The position numbers and the translations under genes are program-made. Of a stretch of 64,000 nucleotides of DNA, positions 39,843-50,451 are shown piece after piece. Numbering within the stretch: position 1 is the first letter of the stretch; each line of letters opens with the position of its first letter. The notes under the pieces were generated by a model that searched no databases, was not told where the DNA came from, and worked only from the letters and a program-made list of their open reading frames with translations. This DNA is from Rhodothermales bacterium (lineage in GTDB: Bacteria; Bacteroidota; Rhodothermia; Rhodothermales; VXPQ01), in NCBI GenBank assembly GCA_022825385.1, contig JAJDWX010000012.1, positions 17,122-81,121 on the forward strand, in the 5' to 3' direction.

Positions 39843-40006
39843 GCATACCGCATCGGCCGGTATAGCGACGGCTCGGCCGCCTACCCCGGAAGTATGGTCA
39901 GGATCGCGCTTTTTCAGCGATCCCTAACCCGTCCTGTGCCCTTGCGAACCCCCAAACCTGGTCTATCCAATACGCTAATTCAGAACCAAACCAGACAGGT
40001 ATTCCC

Positions 40007-41557
40007 ATGAAAAGGCGCCTTCTATCCGTGTTTTTCCTTGTCCTGTTCGCGGCGTCTCCCGCGTATGCGCAGACCCTCGACAACATGTACGTTTACACCT
40101 CCAGGTCCCCGGCGACCGGCCCGCGCATGGCGGGCATGGCCGGCGCAGGCATGGCCGGCGTGGCGGACTACGGCGCATTGCGAACGAATCCCGCCGGGCT
40201 GGGCTATTTCAAAAATTCGGAGGCCGGCGGCTCCCTGCATGCGTTCTCCGCTACGGACGCCTCGAATTACCTGACCGGCATTCGCATTTCGTCCGAGTCG
40301 GAAACCGACGTGCGCACGACGCGCCTTGGCAATCTGGCCTGGATCCAGAAGTTTCCGACGTCGCAGGGTTCGTTCGTGCTGGGCGCCGCGCTCAACGAAC
40401 TGGGCACGTTCGACCGCAATCTTGTTTTTAGCGGAACGAATTCCTCCAGTTCCATCAGCGCTTCGTGGCTGCCTTATAACGACGAGTTTACGATAGAAGA
40501 GGACGACGACGGGTATTATCCGGTTTTCTCCAGCGACATTCTGGAACTGGCCTACGAAGGCGGCGCCATTGAGTTTCTCGGCGAAAACGTGGAGACGGAC
40601 GACGCGCTTTTCTATGAGGCCGTTGCGCCGGGCACGCGCATCGGGCAAACGGGAGACGTGCTCGAAAAAGGACGCATGCACGAATTGAGCCTCGGCGGCG
40701 CCTGGGAGGCAAGCCGGAACGTGATGGTTGGTTTGTCCGCCAACTTCGCATTCGGTTCGTACCGGATAGACAACGCATACGAGGAAGAGGACGCCTACGG
40801 CGAAAACACAGCAGAAGACTACGAGGTCATCCTGCCCGCCGGTTCCCTGTTCGGTTTTCAGCGCTTGCGCTACGAAGAAGGTTTCGATTCGGACCTGAGC
40901 GGATTCAATGTGCGCGGCGGGGTATCGACGACGTTTTCGACCGGGTTGCGCGCGGGCCTTTCGATAGAAACGCCGACGTTCTACGAAATAAGCGAAACCC
41001 ATTACCGGGAACTTGCAACCTGGTTCGACGAAGGCGGCTCGCTGGACGCCGAGATCGACTACCAGTACGAATACGAATTGCGTACGCCCTGGCGCATCGG
41101 GGGCGGCGTGTCATGGGAACTCGGAAACCTGCTTCTGGCGGCGGATATGGAATACGTGGACTGGTCCCAGACGGAGTTCGACGGGCATGAGGCGGACAGC
41201 GACTCGTACAGAGACTTGAACCGGGAAATACGGGATACCATGGAACCGGTCTGGAATATGCGGCTCGGCGCGTCGTACGCATTGGGAAATATTACTTTGC
41301 GCGGCGGCATAGCCAACTATCCCGATTCGTTCGACCTGAAGGTCTCGGAGGGCAGCGGCGAATCGGATCGCGACCGGGGCTTCCTGTCCCTCGGCGCGTC
41401 GTATAGTTTCTCGGACCAGTTTCATGTGGATGCGGCATGGACGGGCGTGGAATACCGAGACCAGTACAGCCCGTACTTGCATGTCGAGGATCCGCCGCTC
41501 GTCGAAGAGAACGTAACGAAGCACCGCTTCCTGCTGGGCGTACGGGTGGGGTTCTGA
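40007..41557 (+). CDS. Outer-membrane beta-barrel protein (FadL/OMPP1-like or similar), function unknown
   Basis: The signal peptide is MKRRLLSVFFLVLFAASPAYAQ. Alternating amphipathic strands are present, and the C-terminus LLGVRVGF ends in Phe. Confidence 0.65.
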   Translation: MKRRLLSVFFLVLFAASPAYAQTLDNMYVYTSRSPATGPRMAGMAGAGMAGVADYGALRTNPAGLGYFKNSEAGGSLHAFSATDASNYLTGIRISSESETDVRTTRLGNLAWIQKFPTSQGSFVLGAALNELGTFDRNLVFSGTNSSSSISASWLPYNDEFTIEEDDDGYYPVFSSDILELAYEGGAIEFLGENVETDDALFYEAVAPGTRIGQTGDVLEKGRMHELSLGGAWEASRNVMVGLSANFAFGSYRIDNAYEEEDAYGENTAEDYEVILPAGSLFGFQRLRYEEGFDSDLSGFNVRGGVSTTFSTGLRAGLSIETPTFYEISETHYRELATWFDEGGSLDAEIDYQYEYELRTPWRIGGGVSWELGNLLLAADMEYVDWSQTEFDGHEADSDSYRDLNREIRDTMEPVWNMRLGASYALGNITLRGGIANYPDSFDLKVSEGSGESDRDRGFLSLGASYSFSDQFHVDAAWTGVEYRDQYSPYLHVEDPPLVEENVTKHRFLLGVRVGF

Positions 41558-41647
41558 GGAAACAGGGAAGTTTGCAGGGTTTGAAACAAGGGTTTTGGTT
41601 AGATTACAGACGCTAACCCTTCCGAAAACCCTCTGCGACACGCTCCG

Positions 41648-42913
41648 ATGATTCGTCGCATCCAGGCCCTGAATTACCGTTGCCTTCGCCATGTGGATGT
41701 GGCGATGGATTCTTTCCATGTGCTGGTTGGCCCTAACGCCAGCGGGAAGAGCACGTTATTCGACGTGGTCGCCTTCCTCGGCGACATGGTGCAGAATGGA
41801 CTTGAGGCGGCTGTGGAAAAACGCACCCGAAACTTTCAGGATCTTGTCTGGGGAAGGCCCAAAGACAACCCTGGTTTCGAACTGGCGGTGGAGTTCGATA
41901 TTTCCGACGCAATCAAAAACAGGTTGCCCCCTGACAAAAACTTTGAAATATTTCGTTATGAAGTAGCCATAAAGGCAAAAGCAAACGAAGCGGCCATTAT
42001 CGAATCGGAAAGAGGCCTGCTTATGCCTCGCCGTAACCGGAAAGAACGACAACTGTCCATATTTCCTTCCCCTCGGAACCCGGTCCCTCGCATCTTGCTG
42101 GGCGGCAGGCGCCATGGCGAAAGAACCATACTCAGTAAATCCCCCGAAGGCAAAGACAACTTCAACATTGAGATTTCGCCTTCGGCGGGAAAAGGCTGGG
42201 CTACCAGTATCTCCTTCGGTCCATACCGTTCAGCGCTTGGCAGTTTGCCCGAATCTCCTGAGGCCTTTCCCGTCGCCACCAGCGTCAAACGCATGCTGTC
42301 GACACAGGTCAAACTTCTGGCGCTGGACAGCGCGAAGATGCGCGAGGCCAGTCCCCCCGCGCTGCGACGCAACGGCTTCTCCAGCGACGGCGCAAACCTT
42401 CCCTGGACGATCAGGAACTTGCAAGAAAATGACCGGGAAAATTACGCGGACTGGCTGGAGCATATTCGCACCGCTTTGAAAGACGTCACGGAAATTCGAG
42501 TACGAGAACGCGACGACGATCGGCACGCCTACCTTGAGATTGAGTACCACACGGGCATTTGCGTACCGTCCTGGGGAGTTTCCGACGGTACGCTCCGGTT
42601 TCTGGCGCTCACGCTCATTCCGTATCTGTCCGAAAAAGGGTATCTCTATTTGCTGGAAGAACCCGAAAACGGCATTCACCCGCTTGCAATCCAGGCTGTG
42701 TACGATTCATTGGCGTCGGCCTATGATTCGCAGGCGCTGGCGGCTACCCATTCATCCGCCTTCCTGCGAATGGCCCGCCCTGAGGAGGTGTTATGCTTCG
42801 ATAAGAAAAACGGAGCTACGGACATCGTGCGCGGCGCAGATCACCCCATCTTGCGGGATTGGCAAGGAACCGTGGACACAGACGTTTTATTTGCGCGAGG
42901 AATCATGGGATGA
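41648..42913 (+). CDS. ABC/SMC-like AAA ATPase (AAA_21/COG4637-like)
   Basis: Walker A is LVGPNASGKSTLFD. Walker B with D-loop is LYLLEEPENGIHPLA. A large insert separates the two. Confidence 0.75.
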   Translation: MIRRIQALNYRCLRHVDVAMDSFHVLVGPNASGKSTLFDVVAFLGDMVQNGLEAAVEKRTRNFQDLVWGRPKDNPGFELAVEFDISDAIKNRLPPDKNFEIFRYEVAIKAKANEAAIIESERGLLMPRRNRKERQLSIFPSPRNPVPRILLGGRRHGERTILSKSPEGKDNFNIEISPSAGKGWATSISFGPYRSALGSLPESPEAFPVATSVKRMLSTQVKLLALDSAKMREASPPALRRNGFSSDGANLPWTIRNLQENDRENYADWLEHIRTALKDVTEIRVRERDDDRHAYLEIEYHTGICVPSWGVSDGTLRFLALTLIPYLSEKGYLYLLEEPENGIHPLAIQAVYDSLASAYDSQALAATHSSAFLRMARPEEVLCFDKKNGATDIVRGADHPILRDWQGTVDTDVLFARGIMG

Positions 42914-43551
42914 GCGGCTATGCCAAAGACTTGTTCGTTCTTGTTGCGGACAGCGATATGGAACAGGCCTTCAAGGGACTGCTGGCGCGGCACAGACGGC
43001 CGGGGAGCCGGCAAATAGGGTATGATATCGAGGCGCATCCACAACGCGACCCGGGATGCCGAACGCATGCTGTTTCCCTGTTGAGGCCCCGCCTTAAAAG
43101 TCATGAATACGCCTTGGTGGTTTTTGACTGCCAGGGTTCCGGCGGAGAATCTTTGGGCAGAGAGAAATTACAACAAAACGTTCAGAAGGGCCTTGAACGG
43201 AACGGCTGGCAAGATCGGTGCAAGGCTATCGTCATTGAGCCGGAACTCGAAAACTGGGTATGGGCGCCGTCTGGAAAAATCGCGGAAGTCCTGGGCTGGG
43301 GAAATGACTTTGGCGCACTCAGGCAATGGTTGCGGGCTTGTGGACTTTGGGCAGATGGCGACCTCAAACCTTCCGATCCGAAGCGCGCGATGCAAGAAGC
43401 GCTACGGCGCAAAAGGGTAAAGCGTTCTTCCGCGCTATTCAAGAAAATTGCCTGTATTTCGCAGCCAGAAGCCTGCAAGGACCCCGCTTTCGTCGAACTC
43501 CGGGAAACATTACAGGCGTGGTTCCCCCCGAAAAACCACCTTTGGGACTGA
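42910..43551 (+). CDS. Partner protein (213 aa), possibly TOPRIM/DUF4276-like
   Basis: ATGA overlap with the ATPase gene. Acidic motifs are LFVLVADSDMEQAF, ALVVFDCQGSG and IVIEPELENWVW. The family assignment is uncertain. Confidence 0.55.
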   Translation: MSGYAKDLFVLVADSDMEQAFKGLLARHRRPGSRQIGYDIEAHPQRDPGCRTHAVSLLRPRLKSHEYALVVFDCQGSGGESLGREKLQQNVQKGLERNGWQDRCKAIVIEPELENWVWAPSGKIAEVLGWGNDFGALRQWLRACGLWADGDLKPSDPKRAMQEALRRKRVKRSSALFKKIACISQPEACKDPAFVELRETLQAWFPPKNHLWD

Positions 43552-43666
43552 CTACATTGGCGCTCGCCGCGCCGAGCAAATGCCCTGCGCTTGACAAATT
43601 TGCAATAAACCGCATACCTTTCCCTTTGCGCGAAAGCGGAACCCGCAGGCGTATGCAGCGAAAACC

Positions 43667-44701
43667 ATGACGTCTCCCCCGGAAACAGTGTCGGTCAGCG
43701 ACCTCGCATACCAGGAACATATCCTGCAAGGCGTTTCCCGGACCTTTGCCCTCACGATCCCGCAGTTGCCGACCGGGCTACGCGACGTAGTAGGCAACGC
43801 CTACCTGCTGTGCCGGATCACGGACACCATTGAAGACGATCCGGCCCTCTCCGCCGGACAAAAACGGGCGTTCGCGGAACGTTTCGCCGAAATCGTCGCC
43901 GGGCGAGAAGAAGCCGAGCCGTTTGCGAACGAACTCGGCGCCTTGCTGTCGTCCGCCGCCACCGAGGACGAGCGCGACCTCGTCGCCAACGCCGACCGCG
44001 TCATCCGCGTCGCCAGCGGATTCAACGCCGCGCAGCGCGCCGCGCTTGAACGCTGCGTCCGCATCATGGCGGGCGGCATGGCGGAATTTCAGCAAAACGC
44101 CACGCCGGACGGCCTGAACGACGTCCCCCATCTTGATCGATACTGCTATTACGTCGCCGGGGTGGTGGGCGAAATGCTCACCGAACTGTTCTGCGACTAT
44201 TCCGGCAAGATCAACGAACGTCGCGAGGAATTGCTGCCGCTGTCCGTCTCGTTCGGGCAGGGCCTGCAAATGACCAACATCCTCAAGGACCTATGGGACG
44301 ACCGGGAGCGCGGCGCATGCTGGCTTCCCCGGGACGTTTTTCTCGCCGCCGGGTTCGACCTGCGCTCCTTGTCCGAGGGCCAGGCCCACCCCGGATTCGT
44401 CCAGGGCTTGTCCAGACTCGTCGGGATTGCCCGGGGACACCTCGCAAACGCGCTCCGGTACGCCCTGATCATCCCCGCGCGCGAAACGGGCATTCGGCGG
44501 CACTGCCTGTGGGCCCTCGGGATGGCCGTGCTAACCCTGCGCCGTATTCACGCAACCCCCGCGTTCCGCAGCGGACAGGAAGTAAAAATATCGCGGCGAA
44601 GCGTATGGGCAGTGGTTATATTCACCAGCATCCTGGCGCGCTCGAATCGGGCGCTGACGTTCCTCTTCAGAATATTGACGAAGCGATTGCCTTCTCCCTG
44701 A
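43667..44701 (+). CDS. Squalene/phytoene synthase family prenyltransferase
   Basis: The two Asp-rich regions are [13 protein letters not shown] and [14 protein letters not shown]...[11 protein letters not shown]. Confidence 0.8.
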   Translation: MTSPPETVSVSDLAYQEHILQGVSRTFALTIPQLPTGLRDVVGNAYLLCRITDTIEDDPALSAGQKRAFAERFAEIVAGREEAEPFANELGALLSSAATEDERDLVANADRVIRVASGFNAAQRAALERCVRIMAGGMAEFQQNATPDGLNDVPHLDRYCYYVAGVVGEMLTELFCDYSGKINERREELLPLSVSFGQGLQMTNILKDLWDDRERGACWLPRDVFLAAGFDLRSLSEGQAHPGFVQGLSRLVGIARGHLANALRYALIIPARETGIRRHCLWALGMAVLTLRRIHATPAFRSGQEVKISRRSVWAVVIFTSILARSNRALTFLFRILTKRLPSP

Positions 44702-44718
44702 AGCCTGCCCTGAGCGAA

Positions 44719-45987
44719 ATGATCCCCCCCCCCTCGAACTGGCGAGATATCAAGTCTGGCAAGCGCGCAAGCGAGCCAGGCATGCTGGAAGAACCGACGA
44801 AAATCCCTTCGTGTTATCTTCCCGGCTATGCCAAAGCGCAGACGCGGGACCCCAAAACGGCCGCCCATTACGTGGCCCACTCGCTTATAGGAGATCCGGA
44901 AGCCGATGAAGTAATCGAACAAATGGCGTCGCTGAAGCCCGGCGACGCGGCGCGATGGTACAAAATCGGGATGAATGCCGCGGACCCCGCGGAAAGAGAC
45001 AAGGCGCTGCGCGACGCGCCGCCCGCGCTTTGCAAATTCCTGAACAAACTGGATACGCCGCCCGACTGGGTTGATTTTTCGGCCTATGCCCCGGGCATCC
45101 GCATGTTCCACAGGAATTCGCAACTGGTGCTCGGAGCGTTCGTAGGAGGTACGCTGATAGAAGGGTTTTCCACGAATATAAGCAAGTCGTTTTTTATAAC
45201 CGGGCGGGTTCGGGAATACGGCGTCAGACGCTTAAAGCAAAATAACCGCCACATGGTCGAAATATTCATGCCGGGCGGCCTGGAACGAGGCGGGGACGGT
45301 TGGAAATTATCCGTCCGCATTCGACTGGTCCACGCGCAAATAAGATATCTCCTGAACAACGCGGAGGACTGGGACGCGGAAGCATGGGGCGTCCCGATCA
45401 GTTCCGCGCATATGGGATTCTCCATCGCCGCCTTTTCCGCAAGGCTGCTAAAACACATGAAAAGCCTGGGCGCCGAATACAGTCTTGAAGAGCGCCAAAG
45501 TTTTATGCAGGTATGGCGCTATTCGGGGTTTTTAATGGGCGTTCCCGAAACGATTTTGTATCGCGACGAGGAAGAAGCGTTAAAAATATTTTACGTAGGC
45601 CGCATGTGCGAGCCTGCAAACGAACTGGAGTCCATTGCGATGGCGAATGCACTGATCAATTCGGCTCCGTTGGTGATAGGCGTTACGAAACCGCAAGCCC
45701 GGTACGCGCTGGCGCGATACGTATACCGGGTGTCCCGGGCGCTCATCGGAAACAATCTGGCGGACGAACTGAAATACCCTGCGGATCGGACCTTCGGCGT
45801 ATTGCCATTGTTTCGGCTTCAGTCCCGGTACCACAGCGTCATGGAACGCTTGTTTCGAAGCAAAAAAACAGAGGGCCGCTTCTCCCGATTCACGGCCCTC
45901 ATCGAAGCCTCCGCATTCGATATCGCGGGCATAAATTATCAATTGCCAGCCGAATTGTACGCGGAGGAGGAGGATACGGAATGGTAG
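44719..45987 (+). CDS. DUF2236 / MpaB-type oxygenase-like protein
   Basis: The start is chosen at MIPPPSNW. The upstream part of the listed ORF overlaps the synthase gene in another frame. VRIRLVHAQIRYLL resembles the family's conserved R..H...R block. Confidence 0.55.
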   Translation: MIPPPSNWRDIKSGKRASEPGMLEEPTKIPSCYLPGYAKAQTRDPKTAAHYVAHSLIGDPEADEVIEQMASLKPGDAARWYKIGMNAADPAERDKALRDAPPALCKFLNKLDTPPDWVDFSAYAPGIRMFHRNSQLVLGAFVGGTLIEGFSTNISKSFFITGRVREYGVRRLKQNNRHMVEIFMPGGLERGGDGWKLSVRIRLVHAQIRYLLNNAEDWDAEAWGVPISSAHMGFSIAAFSARLLKHMKSLGAEYSLEERQSFMQVWRYSGFLMGVPETILYRDEEEALKIFYVGRMCEPANELESIAMANALINSAPLVIGVTKPQARYALARYVYRVSRALIGNNLADELKYPADRTFGVLPLFRLQSRYHSVMERLFRSKKTEGRFSRFTALIEASAFDIAGINYQLPAELYAEEEDTEW

Positions 45988-46030
45988 GGCAAGGCCAGCG
46001 ATAACGCTACGCCTGGCGCGTAAACAGAAG

Positions 46031-49000
46031 CTACCGTCCCGGCAGCAAACGATAATGCACGGCGACCAGCGCCGGCGCCACAGGAATCAATAATATCGTC
46101 GCGAAAAGTACGCCGAAGCCGACGGACGTAGCAAGCGGCACAAGATGTTGCGCATAGGTGCTCGTCTCCAGAATAAGGGGCGTCACGCCCGCGAACGTAG
46201 TAACCGACGTTAAAAGAATAGCGCGGAAACGGTTCCTGGCGCCCGTAATAATGGCCTCCTCGGGCGCCATGCCGGATTTCCTGAGGTCGTTGATGCGTTT
46301 GATCATCATCAGGGCGTCGTTGACGACCACGCCGCTCACGCCTACCAACCCATACATCGACCAGATGCCTATGCTGATCCCTAATGCCATGTGCCCCGCC
46401 ACCACGCCGACCAGGCCCAACGGAACCGCCGCCATAATGATAAGCGGCTGCATGTAGGAACCGAAGGAAATCGCCATCAGCACGTACATGACGAGCAGGG
46501 CGAACGACATCAATCTGCCCAGCGCGTTATTGGCCTCTGCCTGCTGCTTTCGCTCCCCCCCGAACGCATAGTCGAAGGCGGGGTATCGCGCCGCCATGCG
46601 CGCCAGGACGCCTTGCTCCAGAAGCGCGTTGACCTGCGGACCCGAGGCGACGCGCACGTCAACGTCGGCCGTGACCGTAACGGCGCGGCGACCATCCACC
46701 CGGCGAATGGCGGAAGGCGACCGGGCAAACCGCGCGTTGGCGACCTGCCCCAACGGAACGCCGCCCCCAGGCGTCCTCATGATATACCGGTCAATATCGG
46801 CTTCGGAATCCCGTTCTTCCTCCGGAAGCCGTACGTACACGCGCATATCTTCCCGACCTCGCTGCACCCGCAACGCCTCCACGCCAAAAAAAGCGGCGCG
46901 CGCCTGCGACGCAAACCGATCAAGCGTCAGAGCCAGCGTTCGGGCTTCCGGCTTGAGTTCCAGCTGAATCTCCCCAAAACCCTCGTCCAGGTTGCTGCGC
47001 ACATCGAAAACGCCGTCGATGGCGCGTAATTCCCCGGCGAATTCCTCTGCAATCACGGTCAATTGTTCCGGATCCGGGTGCGAAAGCTCGAAATGCACCG
47101 GCAAACCCAACGCGACGATGTTCGACGAAATCGAGAGCGACTGGGCTTCCGGGATCGTTCCGGCTTCTTCTCGCCATGCTTGCTGAAACGCAGACGCCGC
47201 GACGCCATGCCGCTCCCAATCGATGAGTTTGAATTGAACGGACGCGAGGTGGCTCCGCGCCGCGTCCACCGCATCCCCGCCCAACGGATCGTACAGACTC
47301 GTCGCTTCGCCCATCGTAACCAGGACGCCGACGTTCAGAATCTCGCCGTCCCGAGACGCATCCGCCGATATGCGCGCCGCCGCCCGATGTCCCGCCGCCT
47401 CGAGTTCCGCGACAACTTGCGCCGTGCGGTCGCTGGAGGTCCCCACGGGCATCTCCAGCGTGGCGGAAACTACATTGCCTTCAATGGGGGTAACAAACTG
47501 ATTCGGGACAATGCCCGACGCAACGACGCTTATCGACAGGATGATCAGCCCCAGGGCGCCGGCGATCACAATCCAGGGCTGGGCTACGCCGAACCGCAGC
47601 ACCCGCTCCAGCGGGCCATCCGCAATCCGCTTCAGCAAGGCGTCCACGCCGCCGCGCGCCCTGTCCAGCATACGGGTCCACCAGCGCCCCTGCCCCGGCT
47701 CGGAATCCGGCAAATGAGCAAGGTGATTCGGCAGCACCAGCAGCGATTCCACCAGCGAAAGCATCAACACGGCGATCACGACCATCGGGATGGCCAGGCC
47801 CAGCTGCGCCTGCGTGCCGGGTACGAACAACAAGGCCGCAAACGCTGCCACCGTCGTGAATACAGAGAAAATGACCGGGCTGCTGACCCGCCTCGTCCCC
47901 CGGATTGCGGCGGTCAAGCCTCGAACGCCCCGTTCCCGTTCCGAATAGATGCTTTCCCCGACCACGATCGCATCGTCCACCACAATGCCCAGCGCAAGCA
48001 CAAGGCCCACCAGCGAGAACATATTAATCGAGACCCCCAGCCATTCCATCGCCAGAAAGGTGCCCGCAAAGGAAACCACCAGGCCAATCGCGACCCACAG
48101 GGCCAGACGAATATGCAGGAATAGCGCCAGCGCGATGAACACGAGGAAGAGGCCAAGCAGGGCGTTCTCGACCATCAGCGCGAGGCGACCCCCGACATCC
48201 TTCGAATCGTCTGCCCAGACCGCTACGCCAACCCCATTCGGCAGCGCAGGCATGACCTCGCGGGCCAGATAATCGTTCACCGCCTCGGCGATAGCCAGCA
48301 CTTGCTCGTCCGACGTACGGTACACATCCACCCGGACGGCGGGCTGCCCGTCGTAACGCACGCTCAGATCGGTATCCGCGAAGCCGTCCCGCACCGTGGC
48401 GACGTCGCCCAGCCGAACCGACGTCCCGTCCGGGCGAACCAGTACGATAATATCCTCGAAATCCCCCTGTTCGTAATTCTGGCCCAGGGTACGAACAAGT
48501 ATCTCCTCCTCGCCCGCGGATATCTTGCCGGCGGAAAGGTCCAGCGACCCTTGCCGAACCGCAAGCGCGACGTCCTCCAGCGAAAGCCCCAACGCGCGCA
48601 ACCGGCTCTGCGGTATTTCTATGGAAATTTCATAGGGGCGGGCGCCGCTGGTTTCGGCAAGGGATACTTCGGGAAGCAACGAAATCCCTTCTTCGAGCGC
48701 AACCGCCAATTCCTTCAGGGTGCGTTCCGGCGCGTCGCCGTAAACCAGCAGCCGGATAATTCTTGTTCTGCTCGTGATTTCCCGCACTTCGGGGCGCTCC
48801 GAACCCGCAGGAAACGTTGCAATGCGATCCACCTCTGCCTTGACCGCGTTCAGCGCGCGATCCATGTTCGCGCCCCACTTGAATTCGGCCACGACGGACC
48901 CAAGCCCTTCGGAAGCCGTGGCCTCGACGCGCTCGACCCCTTCCACCAACCGGATCTGCTCCTCTATCTTGCGAACGACAGATTCTTCCACTTCCTCCGG

Positions 49001-49198
49001 CGAAGCGCCCGGATACGGCACGATCGCCTGAATGCGATTCAGGGAAATGTCGGGCAGCACCTCCTGCGTCAGGTTTCCGGCGGCGATCAGCCCGGCGATC
49101 AGCAAAAACAGCATGAGCACGTTCGCCGCAACGCTGTTCCTGGCCATCCAGACGATGGGGCCGCGTTGCTCCCGGTCGGAACGCTCGTCCCCATTCAT
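46031..49198 (-). CDS. RND efflux transporter permease (AcrB/CzcA superfamily)
   Basis: 1055 aa with a 12-TM architecture and two large periplasmic loops. The N-terminus is IVWMARNSVAANVLMLFLLIAG. Confidence 0.9.
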   Translation of the reverse strand: MNGDERSDREQRGPIVWMARNSVAANVLMLFLLIAGLIAAGNLTQEVLPDISLNRIQAIVPYPGASPEEVEESVVRKIEEQIRLVEGVERVEATASEGLGSVVAEFKWGANMDRALNAVKAEVDRIATFPAGSERPEVREITSRTRIIRLLVYGDAPERTLKELAVALEEGISLLPEVSLAETSGARPYEISIEIPQSRLRALGLSLEDVALAVRQGSLDLSAGKISAGEEEILVRTLGQNYEQGDFEDIIVLVRPDGTSVRLGDVATVRDGFADTDLSVRYDGQPAVRVDVYRTSDEQVLAIAEAVNDYLAREVMPALPNGVGVAVWADDSKDVGGRLALMVENALLGLFLVFIALALFLHIRLALWVAIGLVVSFAGTFLAMEWLGVSINMFSLVGLVLALGIVVDDAIVVGESIYSERERGVRGLTAAIRGTRRVSSPVIFSVFTTVAAFAALLFVPGTQAQLGLAIPMVVIAVLMLSLVESLLVLPNHLAHLPDSEPGQGRWWTRMLDRARGGVDALLKRIADGPLERVLRFGVAQPWIVIAGALGLIILSISVVASGIVPNQFVTPIEGNVVSATLEMPVGTSSDRTAQVVAELEAAGHRAAARISADASRDGEILNVGVLVTMGEATSLYDPLGGDAVDAARSHLASVQFKLIDWERHGVAASAFQQAWREEAGTIPEAQSLSISSNIVALGLPVHFELSHPDPEQLTVIAEEFAGELRAIDGVFDVRSNLDEGFGEIQLELKPEARTLALTLDRFASQARAAFFGVEALRVQRGREDMRVYVRLPEEERDSEADIDRYIMRTPGGGVPLGQVANARFARSPSAIRRVDGRRAVTVTADVDVRVASGPQVNALLEQGVLARMAARYPAFDYAFGGERKQQAEANNALGRLMSFALLVMYVLMAISFGSYMQPLIIMAAVPLGLVGVVAGHMALGISIGIWSMYGLVGVSGVVVNDALMMIKRINDLRKSGMAPEEAIITGARNRFRAILLTSVTTFAGVTPLILETSTYAQHLVPLATSVGFGVLFATILLIPVAPALVAVHYRLLPGR

Positions 49199-50418
49199 GG
49201 ATTTCCTCGCGAAGCGGTTCGCACGGCCATGCCTTCCGTGGCGAACGAAATTCCGCCTACGACCACTTCCTGATCGGCTTCAAGCCCCCCCACGACAAAC
49301 ACCTCGTCGTCCGTACGCTGCAAAACGCGCACCGGGAGCAGGGTCAGCAACGTATCGGCGCGCACGGCCCAAACCTCGTTTCCAGGCCGCAGCGCCGAGC
49401 GTCGCACAATGAAATATTCGTCCGGAACGACCCCCTCGATCTGCACTTCCACGAATTTCCCGACAAGCAGCGGCGGCGCACTGGAATAATCCGCCGCATC
49501 GCTCAGGGCGTCCACCCGGGCGCCCCCCGCCAACGGATTGGAAACGCGCACAATCACATCGATGGTTCGGGTCTGCTCGTCGAGGGAGGCTTCCGCCCGA
49601 TCCACATAGCCGCTCCAGGCATAGCGCCCGTCCCCGTATTCGGCCAGAATGCGCGCCGCGACCCGCGCATTCCCGTCGCCCGCCTGCAATCGCCAAAGGT
49701 CAGGAATCAGCGCCGCATCCGCGTCAGAGAGCGGAACCGCGACCTCAACCGCATCGGAAGCGTAAAGGCGCCCCACGCCCTGCCCCGCCGCCACGAACTG
49801 GCCTGGATCCACAGATTCCTCCAGCACGACGCCGTGGAAGGGGGCAAGCACTTCGGTCCGGGACAAAGCCAGCTCGGCGTCGGCCAGGATCGTGCTGTCT
49901 CGGGCCAACGCCGCTTCCGCCGCCCGCAGCTGGGGTTCCCGCAAAACAAGCGCGTTGGCTTCTTCCGGGGAAGCGGCGTCCGCCTCGCGGCGCTGAAATT
50001 GCGCATACTCGGAACGCGCGATGCGGGCTTCTTCCTGCGCCTGCATCAACGCTACCTGCCCGGCCGCTACGCTTGCGCGGGCCTGCCGGACGCGGTTGCG
50101 GTAGTCGGCGTCGTCGATGCGAAAGAGCGCCTGTCCTTCCCGGACCCGCCCCCCGCTCTGAAAAACAGGATTCACCCAGGACACCTTGCCATGGACTTCG
50201 GGCGTGACATGGACCTCGGCGACAGGCCGAACCGTGCCGGCGCCGTGCACGGGAATGGGGCCCACGCCGGCGATGGCGGGCGCCGTAGCAACCACCGGCG
50301 TTCCGTCGGGAAGCGGGCGGGCTTCCGGCGCGGGCCTGAGTTGCATCATCAAAGTCGCCAGAATCAGGCAGGCAAGCAAAATGCCGCCCGCCACCAATAA
50401 GCCTTTGCGTCGAGTCAT
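49195..50418 (-). CDS. RND efflux periplasmic adaptor (membrane fusion protein)
   Basis: 407 aa with an N-terminal TM segment and coiled-coil hairpin and barrel regions. The stop overlaps the RND gene start. Confidence 0.85.
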   Translation of the reverse strand: MTRRKGLLVAGGILLACLILATLMMQLRPAPEARPLPDGTPVVATAPAIAGVGPIPVHGAGTVRPVAEVHVTPEVHGKVSWVNPVFQSGGRVREGQALFRIDDADYRNRVRQARASVAAGQVALMQAQEEARIARSEYAQFQRREADAASPEEANALVLREPQLRAAEAALARDSTILADAELALSRTEVLAPFHGVVLEESVDPGQFVAAGQGVGRLYASDAVEVAVPLSDADAALIPDLWRLQAGDGNARVAARILAEYGDGRYAWSGYVDRAEASLDEQTRTIDVIVRVSNPLAGGARVDALSDAADYSSAPPLLVGKFVEVQIEGVVPDEYFIVRRSALRPGNEVWAVRADTLLTLLPVRVLQRTDDEVFVVGGLEADQEVVVGGISFATEGMAVRTASRGNP

Positions 50419-50451
50419 GGATTGTTTGGGTGTATCCTGAAAAATGGGCGC

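Noticed and set aside
39900-39922. The inverted repeat GGATCGC-n9-GCGATCC after the lipoprotein gene, and the 6-bp stem acggca-n5-tgccgt at about 9386-9402 between the PLD and Doc/Fic genes, considered as intrinsic terminators.
   Set aside because: Neither stem is followed by a convincing U-tract on the relevant strand, so I did not list them as features.
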